47,675 nt of DNA from Lenisia limosa. Lineage: Eukaryota; Protista; Breviatea. Under the pieces are notes generated by a model that saw nothing but the letters and a program-made list of their open reading frames with translations, was not told where the DNA came from and did not search any database. The DNA is taken from positions 1 to 47,675 of the forward strand of contig LPNZ01009329.1 of assembly GCA_001655205.1 (NCBI GenBank), given 5' to 3'. The position numbers and the translations under genes were made by a program. Positions 1 through 11,600 of this stretch are shown one piece after another. Every line of letters begins with the position of its first letter. Within the stretch, counting starts at the first letter, position 1.

Positions 1-3000
1 AACAATGAATTACTATCATTGCCCATCAATGATTCAACTTGGCAGGCAATTCCGAATATTCGTTGTGAGAGAAATATCGTATTTTCACGAATTGAGTGAT
101 AATAATTTTTGTGGGAACGAATAAGCCCTTGCTTGCATTATGATTTCTTTCTGACTGGATTAGATCGGCCGTTCACAAGTTTGATTGCAGAAGATGAAGA
201 AGCCCAGGGTTGGGGGGTGTACTTGGGCCAAGAAACTGCTTCTTCTGACATAAGAGTTATTTTGATTTTGCACCATGACTTAAGCAAGATGCTACTACTT
301 ATTTTTCATTTCCACATTGTAACATCCAGTTCTATCTGTATTTCTTGATGGAAAACGATGATCATACACAGGCCAAATTATTTATTGACATGTGATATGT
401 CCAGGAGACACGGGTAGGGCAAGTCAGGGGTCCCTCCAGTCGTACGCCGAAACAGGAATGGTAAGCATACTGGGTCTGTTCCTCATTTTTGAGCAAAAAT
501 CCAGATACTACCGATTTTTTTCGATGTTTATCGAGACACAGTCATGTTTCGGGACAAATGTGAAAATTTCCTTCTTAGAAATGCTTGATTCCACATTACT
601 TCACATGACCATTTTAGTATTCCAAAACTGATGCTGAACATAGGCCCGTATGAGGAAGGTGGTGTTTGTTTGACTTATATTTTCCCTGCGGTCCAAAAAA
701 GACGGGTAAAATAATGATATTTATCGAGGATTTATCAAGAAATTTGGTCTTTTTGGACCATAGGGAAGCCTTACGTATATTCTGCTTTGGAAAGCAAATG
801 TTACCAGAATCAAATGAATGAATAATAATGTTTTGAGTACTATGACTAGATACCATTTTTCTATTTCCTTTCAGAATACACATTTTTACCGCCATCACAT
901 TTGGGTCATCCCGTTATATTCACCCTCTTATGCAATGTAGATGCTCTCAACGCAAGCATCCTTTAGCTTCAAAGCTTCCTCATCAATGCATCAAACGCTC
1001 CAATCTGCTCGCTCTGCAGTGGCCATGGTAAATGGCGACTCATTGCTGGGTACTCATTTCTGCTGTATTTTTATCAGTGGTTACTCCCTCAGGTTACTTT
1101 AAGAAAAGGTCAATCAACTGCAAATTTGATGAAAGAACAGGTTCGCATGGGTTATTTTTTCCAACTTTTTATTTTTTGTTGATACGAATATGTATCAAAA
1201 GTACATAAACACATCATTGATTGCGATATGATTGATTATAGTGATATACATGTATATTACTATTATCAAGAATATGTGTAGCTGCGGTAGTATGGTCGGA
1301 TTAAGCCGGATATATTTAATGATATCTTTTCCCCACCACTATGTTTATTCACATTATAGCCTGGAAGTGGTCGAAGCAATCAATCATCATTCATGCGACT
1401 TAACCAAAATCTGAAAGTGAGAGGGGGGATAGTGATCTGAGTGCACAGGAATTGGCTGCGTATTGTTTGGTTAAAAATCTGGCTTTGACAATAATAATGA
1501 CAGATGAGTTCGCAACAGTGGCGATCAAGGGGCCAAACCAACCAAGTCAAGGGTGCGTTGTCAATTGCAACGGAACTCACCCATGCGGATGATAGGTAAG
1601 CGAGCAGCTGGTTTTATCATGTCGCTTTTGATTATGCTAAATCAAGGTAATATATAATGGTTAAGGTATCAAAAGTGCTCCTTTACACTTTGTGTTTGGT
1701 TTATTTGGTTAACATGACTGATAGTAATATGGCCGCTAATTGTGTCTTTCCTAATGACTAATTTCTTTCAGCATGGACATCCAGGTCAAGGCTTTGCGCC
1801 TCATTGAGCTTCTGAAACCTCTTGAAATGGAGTTGCAGGTGGAGGGAGGGGAGGGGGGCATCAAAATCACTGGTACAACATCAAACTTTTGTTACTGAAA
1901 TGAAGCCATCATATACTGTAGAACCGAACGGGTTAAAAGTTACCATTTCAGGTTAACCCGGAAGATGAACCCAGTCAACTACCGACAATGAGCCTTACCA
2001 CTCCCAGTATGACCCACTTGCACCCAACAACGGACGGTAAGCCCTTATTCACTCTTTCAACTTTGGTTTATATGTTCGAAATATGGGCACGTTTTTATTT
2101 CATGTAAACATTGTGTAATAAATATGATATAGTGACGGTGTTGAATAAGTAGAAATATTATCAGTTCAATATAATTTTAACACTGCCTTGACTGCACCAA
2201 AGTCTCCATAACCAGCAGGTGAATCTCGACGAGCTCGAAGACGACGAACGCTCATTGCTGGTTTGCTCTCATTCTATTATCCAACCATAAGGTTGCTTAC
2301 AGTTTCTCAACTGATCCTAACAGTCATTTCCAGTGATTTTTTTGTCAGTTTTTTTTTGCTTGTCAGTTTTTGATTATTTTGATTATCAATTTCAGAACTT
2401 CAACATTCACGATGTATCCCCTTTGCTCACCCATTTAGCAAGTCAGTTACCCGCGAGTGCCACGTCATCAAGTGCAACAATGGCTTCATACACTCCTGAA
2501 CAAGCTGAACAAGGTGAGCTGTCAGCAGTTCTTCCAAAAAGAGCAATTTTGACCTCAAAACAAAAATAATCCACTCTTGGTCTCATCCATGAAGCAGCAG
2601 TACCCGGTATCAAGCGAGAGTACTCTGCGCACCTCCTGCAACCCGAGGCATCAACACCGGTCCCCTCGGATGCCATGTCCACCTTGCAGACTGTGTTCAC
2701 CTCATATTCCACTGATGATGTTAGANNNNNNNNNNNNNNNNNNNNNNNNNNNNNNNNNNNNNNNNNNNNNNNNNNNNNNNNNNNNNNNNNNNNNNNNNNN
2801 NNNNNNNNNNNNNNNNNNNNNNNATCTTCTGCTTTTATTTTTTTTATCTTGTTCAAATACGTGAACTTTTCTGTAACCCATCCCGTTACTCTACAGCATG
2901 AATCACAGTCCCGAGGGTCTAAGACTCTCTCATCTTGTATCGGCTCGAAACAACGTGACGTCTCGCCCATTCTTGTCACGTATGTGGCTTGAGGTTGAAT

Positions 3001-6000
3001 CCTGTTATACTCTATTGCTTTGTACTTATTATATATTATATTTACTATTTTTACATCAATTCTACGCCCAATGTCATGTCCTCCCCAGAGTACTGATGAT
3101 ACAATGCAAAATCGATAATAAGTGGTTGTCAAAAACGACATGTTACCCTGATGGCCGCCCTCCTGACTCTTTTAGGAACGCGGGAGACTTCAACCCCAGG
3201 ACTCTTCAAGGGTAAGCCATCCGTCACACTCCTTCACACTAGAGGGTTATCAAGTGAATATATTGGGGGGGGGGGCTTTCTTCATTTTTAAGGTTTCATT
3301 CATATTTCTTCGGTTTTGCTTCTTTCTACTTCAATAAGAAGCCATGATTGATATTAAACCTAGGGGTTCGAAATGGAGGCGGCAGAGTATGCCATCAGTG
3401 AGTTTCAGCCCCGCTGCCAAAGCTTCAACTCCGGGCTCTTCGCTTCCCTCCCCCAATATCCCAACTGTTTCTTCATCAACCCCTGTTTCCGCCAGCACCA
3501 CCCCCCGAGGTTTTTTTGGCTTTTTGATGATACCCTTCCTTGACATGCAGAATAATGATTTTGATTTTTTTTTGTCTGTAGCCAAGCTCTGTTCTATATG
3601 ATATATCGATATATATATATGATATTCATTCTTCAGCCTCACCACCCCCCCAAACCCCGATTGAACCTGTCCGTATCCCCACTCCTCTTGATCACATTCA
3701 AGAAAAAGCGTTAGGGAGAGGGGGGTATCTTGACTTGATTATTAAAACTTCGAGTCTTTTAAAGTCAAAGAAAAAACCCCGCATAGTTGAATGTAATGAA
3801 TAAATAAGAATCAAAACCGTTTTCGATGACCTGCATCATCTCCTTGGACTGACTTCATAGATACCGACATCTCAGCCCCCCAACGTCGCCCCAGCAATCT
3901 TCCGCTGATCTTTTCGTGCCTTCTGCTCCCTCTTCCCCAACTCAAATGGAAAGTACCTGGTTCATCCAATCATCACAAAGTAGTTTGATAACAAAGAGAT
4001 GATATCATATGATTATTATTATATTGTACCCTGCTTGTGTTTGAGTACTCACCCCCCCCTCATTTCTTTTCCCACCCATATTTTTCAGATGTTTTTCGCT
4101 GACCACTCCAGGATCAACTGAGCCTTTTGATACCAAAACTCCTGGTTGGCTAATATTTGAATCCAAAAATACTCTGCCATATCTGGTGTTCAAGTGTTAC
4201 CTCTTGGGTTTAGCTTAGACGAAAAGAATGCTTTTTTTTGGTTATGGTATTCTGATATCGAAGCGTTTCCAACTAATTACATTGTATTTTTTTTGTTATA
4301 GATATCTTAGTATTTTCAATATTACAAAAAGCATATCATACGTACATATATGTTGTAGTATTGGTGATCAATGATCGATCGCGATTGTTCGCTGGTACCT
4401 TCCTTGTCCCTTTATTGCTCAGAACGACCGCTTAGTAGGGCTTCAACGTTTTCAAGCCCCCCGTCTTCCCCAGAGCCTGAAGGCAGAGTGGGTGGATTGA
4501 TTTGTTATGACAGTTCTTCCATTTAGCATACTATTTTGGTGCACCTTACTCATCCATAGACAACTGAAGAGATAACGGAGGACGACGCTAATGTTGTGGA
4601 AATGCCAGAACAAAGTACAATCGGTTTACAAAAGGTATGATGGTTGCCCGGGTTATCAAATTACTCAAACGCATATTGTTGCTCACAACCTAGGTTGAGG
4701 AAGTTGAGGAAGAAGCAACGCACCATCCAACTCTACCAATAAAAGTGGTATGTCTCCTTGGACAGTTATTGTACGGATATTCTGATTTCACTCAAACAAT
4801 TGACGAATTTCTGACAAGCTCACACCCTTCCATTTAAAGTTGTGTGATTTGTTCAGATGCCACCTTCCTCACCAGTGCCGTCAAGAAGGCGCCCGCCTAT
4901 CAAAATGCACACCGTAGTTCCACAAAACCCCAAAGCACCGTCACATTTGGTCTGCAACTTATCACTTCTCATTTTATTCATGAATATTACATTCTTCTTG
5001 ATTCATAAAGTTGGATTCAATTAGAATTGCGAACCAGAGTTGGGTTATTTCTTGTTCCCCTTCTTTTCTCCCATGACCTTTTAGCCTGATATCCCTGCTA
5101 TTCCTCTGAATCCGCTAACATCAAAGCCATCCCCTGAAACACAGGTTTGCTGCAGTTATGATATTAGGTTAATTTTTTAAAACAGAATAAATATACATAA
5201 TTATATTGCGGGTTCATATGTACTGATCTCTCTCAGGTGTACACATTTGAGAATGTGCAGAAGCTTCTGAATGCAGAGAAGAACAAATACTCTCAGATCA
5301 CGGAGGGCTATAAAGAGACAGTGGGTTGTGGTGTTAATTTACCTTGGTAATTCGTGGATAAATCGTATCTCGTTATGAGATATTTTTTAAACCAATTTTA
5401 TCATCCATTGTGAAAGCACCACACACAGGTTAATCCCTGATCTCTCAGATCCAAATGCTGCAAATGGAGCTGTCAACCGCAGCTAAGATACACCCCCAGC
5501 GATCTCCCTCACCTTTAAGGTCCAAATCCCCCGCTCGCCCCCAGGTTCGTATTATAATAGTCATATTGAGGGACAAATCATATTTGCTTAACGATAACGC
5601 GTTGAGTTATTATTATTCTTTTAAATCCTCCAATTGATTTGACCCAAACAGTCCTCGGCCGGGGTGACCATCAAATCAACCTTCGAAGATGATGACGTAA
5701 GCAAATTCCAAAGGATTCGTTGCATTTTTTTTATCATAACCTTCGGAAACATCATAATATTCGGCGTAGTATTCTTAATAATCAATGGGGGGAGGGGGGT
5801 ATTGGTTAACAATACTGAGGAGGGTGTTTACCTCAGAGTTTTTCGAATTCGATGCATGTTCCTCTGACTTCCTAGTTCGTGTCGCGACAACGGGCGTTGG
5901 CCAAACAAAAGGAGACTATTCTCAACCATAAGCGGGCCAAGGTGGGGAGGGGGGGGAGCTTTCAAATGTANNNNNNNNNNNNNNNNNNNNNNNNNNNNNN

Positions 6001-6179
6001 NNNNNNNNNNNNNNNNNNNNNNNNNNNNNNNNNNNNNNNNNNNNNNNNNNNNNNNNNNNNNNNNNNTAATCACATCAATATCGGCGATTGGAAGAAGAAA
6101 TGACGTCTGACCAGCTATCTAGGCTCGATTTGAGCAAGAGGAGCACTGGGAGGAGCAACTACGATTATCTCACCACTTG
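1..6179 (+). CDS. Large multi-exon protein of unknown function, 5'-partial (helical N-terminal part, a globular segment, long Pro/Ser-rich region, short coiled-coil-like C-terminus)
   Basis: Consecutive AG/GT-bounded exons splice into open frames: PGSGRSNQSSFMRLNQNLK | MSSQQWRSRGQTNQVKGALSIATELTHADDS | MDIQVKALRLIELLKPLEMELQ (~1772-1838); GFEMEAAEYAISEFQPRCQSFNSGLFASLPQYPNCFFINPCF (~3363-3510); VYTFENVQKLLNAEKNKYSQITEGYKET (~5237-5320); last exon YRRLEEEMTSDQLSRLDLSKRSTGRSNYDYLTT-TGA ending at 6179. No family recognised; two N-gaps interrupt the model. Confidence 0.6.
480..570. mobile_element. Degenerate copy of the ~100-bp intronic MITE-like family
   Basis: Core gatttttttcgatgtttatcgagacacagtcatgtttcgggac resembles the family core (ttttcgaggatttatcgagaaattcagtcttttttcg). 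It follows a gtaagc donor; TIRs are eroded. Confidence 0.4.
676..773. mobile_element. ~100-bp MITE-like element
   Basis: Imperfect TIRs ttccctgcggtccaaaaaagac / gtctttttggaccatagggaa, TA at both ends, family core tttatcgaggatttatcaagaaatt. Confidence 0.7.
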
Positions 6180-6429
6180 AGTAGACAGGTTTGTGAGGGC
6201 GTTAGCTTTTTTTCGTTTTATTTTCTGATTGGATCAATCCCGTGATAACTTCAGGAGGATTGCTTGGCCCCCATGGTAATGACAGAGCCTTTTGTTCCCG
6301 CCTCCCCGCGAAGGCCTCTTTCAGCAGTTTATTAATATCATGATTATCTCCTTTTCTATTTTCTACTTTTATTGTTTCAAAACGGTATTTATTTGTACAT
6401 TATTTATTTTATTTTGGGCATGGAGTCGT

Positions 6430-6540
6430 GGTAAAATTGTTCAAAAAAAAGAAAAAAGAATGAGAACAAAAAAAAACCAAAAAAAAAGAAAAAAGAATGA
6501 GAAAAAAAAACCAAAAAAAACAAAAAAAAAACAAAAAAAA
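6430..6540 (-). terminator. Pol III oligo(dT) terminator and ~110-nt T-rich tract downstream of tRNA-Val
   Basis: A T7 run begins 3 nt after the discriminator on the minus strand, followed by repeated T runs (A-rich on +). Confidence 0.7.
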
Positions 6541-6542
6541 GT

Positions 6543-6616
6543 AGGTCAAACCGGGGTTCGAACCCGAGACCTTCAGCATGTTAGGCTGACGTGATAACCA
6601 ACTACACCATTCGACC
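6543..6616 (-). tRNA. tRNA-Val (anticodon AAC)
   Basis: Reverse complement folds as GGTCGAA TG GTGTAGTTGGTTATCAC G TCAGC CT-AAC-AT GCTGA AGGTC TCGGG TTCGAAC CCCGG TTTGACC T. All four stems pair, A and B boxes are present, no intron. Confidence 0.95.
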
Positions 6617-6791
6617 TTTACAAATATATGTCTTCTTAATATCTTCAAGATGGTAGTTTTTTTCCGTCCTTTCAAAACCTGTTTATTGTCATGTTGTTCT
6701 TTTTTCTTATTCTTGCTTAATTTACTGGTAGTTTATGTGTTTATGTTTTTTCATCTTCAATATACTTCAATTTTTGTCTGAAAAGGCACCT

Positions 6792-7375
6792 TTATGATGT
6801 TCTTGACATCGCTGGCAATTCTTCTACGGAGGTCGACCATTATCGGGTGTTCACAGACTGAAAGGAGATACCGTAGGGATTCAACGTGAGGTGGACTATC
6901 AGGGGGGCTGAGAGGACATCGCGGGTTGATACCGGCATCCGGGTGTATGGCAGACCACCAATGTCGAGTGGGTAGTGTGCCACTTAGAATGCGGAGGCGG
7001 AGCTTTTCCAGACTCCATGAGTNNNNNNNNNNGGCCGTAGGGGGTTTCTCCTGGGGAGCAGGTGCGGAGTATATCGACGTATATTTAAGAGGTGGTACCG
7101 ATGGGAGTGGTCAGGGGCGCAGAGGGTAGCGTGTCCGAGTTAAAGGGAGCTGTAATTGGGACTTGGCTCGCCTTCTGGTAATAGTGAGGGGCTAGATGAC
7201 TGGATAATCGTCGATCCTTGAGCTAAGTCAAGCAGGTACATGAGGTAGGGTTCCCATTGGCGGGGACCGTCGAGTGCCGTTGCGGACTTAGCAAGTGCGT
7301 CTGTACGATTGTTGGCGATTGCTGGGACGTCGCTGTTCCGAGAGGTTAACGGCTTGATGGCTGGTATTTGTCCTC
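6792..7375 (-). mobile_element. Inverted, decayed non-LTR retrotransposon ORF2 fragment: RNase H C-terminus plus zf-RVT-type zinc knuckle
   Basis: Minus strand reads NSDVPAIANNRTDALAKSAT (matches the RNase H motif HxGxxGNExADxLAK), then LRLRILSGTLPTRHWWSAIHPDAGINPRCPLS and, after a frameshift, ESLRYLLSVCEH (decayed CxxC...HxxxxC). Stops and frameshifts are present; GC-rich relative to flanks. Confidence 0.75.
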
Positions 7376-7890
7376 AGATCACCAAGGACCTAGCTTCTGT
7401 ATTCGACAAAAAGCAGCTCCAGTGCCTACCCCGAGTGTTGTTAAGCCACTCTCTCGCTGCCTGGAACGCCCGTTGTGACATACTGCCTGAAGGTTCCGGT
7501 CCCCCTGAATCCCGAAAACCACTCACCCTTTCGTCCACGCCCCCTCAGTCGACCTACCCAGTGACTTACTCACTGTCACCCTCCTTGTCACCTTCTCCAC
7601 CCCATTACCTCCAATTCCTAGACCTCTCCCGCGCCGCCTCCGTCCCCGGACACCTACCGACTTCGACTTTGACATCGTCAGGGGGGGTCATCTCGGGTAA
7701 TCTCACCACTCACCCTATCATGACCTTCCATGGCCCCACATGTCGGTCGTTCCGGGAGTTTTGGCGTACCTCACCTCCAATCATTTCACCAACCTCACCT
7801 TTGTCTTCCAACCTCGCCCCTAACCACCTTACCAACTTCACCTTTTTCTCAACCTACTACATTTTTTGTTCTTTCAAAAAAAGTCATCAA
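7376..7890 (+). mobile_element. 3' end of the same LINE in sense orientation (copy 1), ending in a short A-rich tail
   Basis: ITKDLASVFDKKQLQCLPRVLLSHSLAAWNARCDILPEG resembles the W-x-x-R motif that follows zf-RVT in L1-like ORF2. Tail ctttcaaaaaaagtcatcaa, then aaaaggcacct (7891-7901), identical to 6781-6791. Confidence 0.65.
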
Positions 7891-8170
7891 AAAAGGCACC
7901 TGGAGCACTGTTATCACAGAGTCCCTCGCCCCTGTATTCGACAAGAAGCAGCTCCAGTGCCTCCCCCGAGTGTCACTCCCTCACTGTATGGAACGCCTGT
8001 TGTGACATACTGCCTGAAGGCCCCGGTCCTCCAGAACCCCCAAGCCACTGTCCGTCGTTTCGGGCATACCTGGCCTACCTTACTTCCAATCATCTCACCA
8101 ACTTCACCTTTGTCTTCCAGCCTCGCCAGTCTAACCACCTTACCAACTTCACCTTTTCTTCCCTCACACC
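7891..8170 (+). mobile_element. Second, diverged and 5'-truncated LINE 3'-end copy (copy 2)
   Basis: Direct repeat of 7385-7510 and 7740-7855 (gtattcgacaagaagcagctccagtgcct...tgtgacatactgcctgaagg; aaccaccttaccaacttcacctttt) with many substitutions and lacking ~7510-7735. Confidence 0.7.
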
Positions 8171-8274
8171 TCCCCCTGTTCGATTTACAACAATTGAATA
8201 CCCCTATTCCACTACTATGTGAGTAGGTGATACCCGTAAAACGGTTTGCATTTTTAGTGTCCAGACTCCGCATT

Positions 8275-8366
8275 GCCAAGTTCTCTTATTGTTTTTGCTC
8301 TCGCCGCCCGCCAAGATCTCATTGTGTTTTTGCCCCCGCCGCCAAGATTCTCATCATGTCGCCGCC
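8275..8366. repeat. Degenerate tandem repeat, about 2.5 units of ~31-35 bp (gccaag...tgtttttgc...cgcc)
   Basis: gccaagttctcttattgtttttgctctcgccgccc / gccaagatctcattgtgtttttgcccccgcc / gccaagattctcatcatgtcgccgcc. Confidence 0.6.
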
Positions 8367-8698
8367 ACACACCGACTATTCGTATATTTTGGTATTCTTT
8401 TCTTTTTACTGAATGTTGTTTTTTATAAATACATTTATTGTTCTTAAAAGTTTTACTGTTTTTTCGAGAAATACATTTTTTTGTCCTTTTAAAACATTTC
8501 GTTCCAATAACTAGAATATTATATTGTCTAGTCTAGTCTCATTTCAATAGAGACTTTACTGCAAAACTCCCCATTGTTAGCCAGGGGTGAGATAAAAAAT
8601 AACTAGAGTGGCAAATAATGAAACATCCCTTTGAGATACAAAAGTACTAGTTTACAAATGTACAAAATCATGAAACAGTCGGGAAACAGAAAAAACAA

Positions 8699-11600
8699 CT
8701 AAAACACAGAGCACTCTGACTGAGAGAGTTCAATCATAAGAGGCATTGACCTATCACCTGTACGAATAAGAGGGAGTGGAAGTTATGGGTGTGATTTATG
8801 TTTTTGCTATCCCTATGTATTCTATTGTATAATTTTCGTGTTGTAGCATTGCAGTACGTGTGCTATGTGTAGAAAACATTGAATAACGATATATCGATCT
8901 TTTCGGTACCCTTGGGAGGCCCTATGTATAAAGCAGGACATTTGACAAAGCAACCCACCGTCAAGCTTGTTCAAAACTGCAGATGGAATATGTTCCGGGG
9001 AAGAGGAGAACTCCGGCATTGACAACAGCAGCTGAAAAAATCGTTACAAAAGAGATCTGGGAGGCAACAAAATGGTTACAAAAGGGACTGACCATTTTTT
9101 GTTAGGAATTACTTCCAAAATGATTCTCACTCACCTCGTTAAGGAAGGACAGCTGTTTGACAACAAGAGCCTTCTCTTCAGTCTAAAAACATAAGAACAC
9201 GAAATAATAGAATACGAGAGTGGAACCAGAGTGTTTCTCGAGGCATGTATACATGTATGATATAGATATAAGTACCTACAGTGTTATACATATGCATATG
9301 ATCATCCATATTATGTATGTATATATCATATACATACGATATACTGTTCATGATATCATATAATATACTATGATCTATATGAATAAATATAGAAGTAAAT
9401 ATATCATATCATATATCAGGTAATCAACGCGCCTTTTAACATGAACGAAGGCATGTGTAGACAGGAGAGACATACAAAAGATTCCTTGGATTCAGCTGCC
9501 AACGACACAATATCACCTAAACTGTGACTATAAATTGAAAGGGCTGGTATTCATCAAACATGATGATATTTGGAAAAATTAAGCCAGAAAGAGGAGCAAA
9601 GATGTATGAAGAGATGAGAATAAATTATAAGTTGTAGTATCTCGCCGAAGCGTCCATGTCCTCCTTGAGGCAAGGGCAGATTCCTGCTGCCAGGCCTCTG
9701 GTGTGACTGAAAAGGGGCTTTATTCCTGGACGAGGGTCTGGTGGTGGCAGGCGAGAAAGGCCATATCATCACTCTTATAAGAGATATTGGATTAAAGTAT
9801 AATAAATAATATTTCAATCGTTTGCCTGAAAAAGAGTGCACACAGCTTTCTGCGTGAAAGGAATTACCCAAGATAGGTTCCAACTGAGATACCAAAACCA
9901 CCCGCCCACTGTATATTCGTTGCATTTGGGGCCAGCAGAGCGAATGGTGCAATATCTCCATTGTAGAAAGGCTGCAGATACCGACTTGCTTACTGGACGG
10001 TATCAAACAACGACAAAAAACAAGTTCATTTTCAAGCCGATAAACCCTCAAAATTCGATGTTTCATACCTAAGTAAGAGGTCACGGCAGCACAGACACCC
10101 AGATGCCCACCCCTCCTTGGCAAGGGAAATTCCAAGAGGCGTGCGTCGGATATTGCAACCTTGGGGCAGCTTCAGGAAGAACCTTGATAGACAGCAGATC
10201 ATCATTTTGTTGTACTCTTCAAGTTCAAGATACCTAAAAACAATCAAATGGAACTTCAGCTTCCCTTTAGGCCAAAAAAAACAAGCAAAGTTTGTTAGAG
10301 CGACATACCTCCATCGAATGGCAAACTCAAGCTGAGTATGGAAGAAGGACAGCATGCCATTAGCGGTTGGGAGGAGAAGAGGAGCAATGTCGGAAAGAAG
10401 CCGGCCTGCTGAAGCTGAAGACGGGATGGGGTCTGTATTGTGAGAGCCTGCCTCCAAGAAACTCCATGATAGTTTAGTTAGCTAAAAGAACAAATACATA
10501 CCATCAACGGCAGCCTTGCTCCAGTAGTCGTGGTTGTCCATGAATTCAGCAAATTCGGACTGGACAGTTATATCAAAATACATCATAAGTGTATCTAGAT
10601 TCAGGGATGAATCAATAAACTGCCTTGGGGCCCAGCCTCACAATTAAGATGTTCGGAGTGAGGACGATAGTGACAAGAGCGGCCTGGACAAACGCCTTAC
10701 TATGCGTCGCCTCAAGACCCTCAAGAATCTGTTGGAAGACGTCAACAAAGGCTGATGGCATTTTTTGAATGACGTCCGAATGTGGCTCGGTTGAGTGTCT
10801 GGAGGGTTAAGCTTGAAGATATAAATGGTATCATATGATACAGCAGAATGAAGTATTTTTGACTATTCAGGTAGATCCTGTCAAGAGCTTTCAATTCATC
10901 TTTGAAGTACATTGTTTACCCTCTCCATTAATGTTTCTCCCAAACCAGATTAAGATGAAACAAAAAAATGACATTTTCAAGAAAAATTTTTTAAAACTAA
11001 GGAAATGGACAATCAACATGATTATCCAGAATATATTTCTTTAAAACACTGAAATAGGGGTATAGAGAAAAAAATCCTCTCACAGAATAAGCTCGTTACA
11101 CGCAGAGATGATATAAAGGGGAACACGAGAGGACGAGGTGTTCACCATTATTTCCTGAAGTTATTAATATTGAAACCCATGATTCGATATTCCATTGGGT
11201 TATACCCATTGACAGCCTAGTGCCACAACCGCAACAAATGCTATTAACTTAAAAAAAAACACTTCAAAGCCACAGACCAGGTCAGTGCTTTGGTCTCCAA
11301 GAGACTGTTCTGAAGGTGCACCCTGAGAAGTAAGTTCAGGCAGTGTGTACAATAATTATCAATATAATCTGTATTCTCGGATCCAGTAGTAAGCGTGTAG
11401 TACGATGGTAGTTTTATTAATGATATCATACAGTATCTATTAACGTCTGAATATACACTCTTGCTCAAAAAAGAAGCTAAACACAATGATAACACCCAGA
11501 CCTGAGGGGTAGGGTTGTAGTCGGATATTGGTACTGCTGGTGCTACAACAGGGCTTTTCGGTGTTGATGGGACTGACTCTGGTGCAGTTACATCAAGGCC

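Noticed and set aside
890-1060. Apparent stop-codon readthrough or alternative genetic code on the minus strand
   Set aside because: The plus strand gives an open, splice-bounded exon, and the well-supported genes end in standard TAG/TGA with no internal stops after splicing.
2515-2560. Shared peptide SAVLPKRA / SAVLPKKA with 26380-26420
   Set aside because: The copy at 2515 follows a gtgagc donor (intronic) and nucleotide identity is low; likely coincidence.
6292-6675. Lys-rich and Phe-rich ORFs (6292+, 6409-)
   Set aside because: Artefacts of the A/T tract and the tRNA-Val gene.
7309-8226. 305-aa ORF as an intact host gene
   Set aside because: It is a chimera of antisense RNase H sequence and two decayed LINE 3' ends read partly out of frame.
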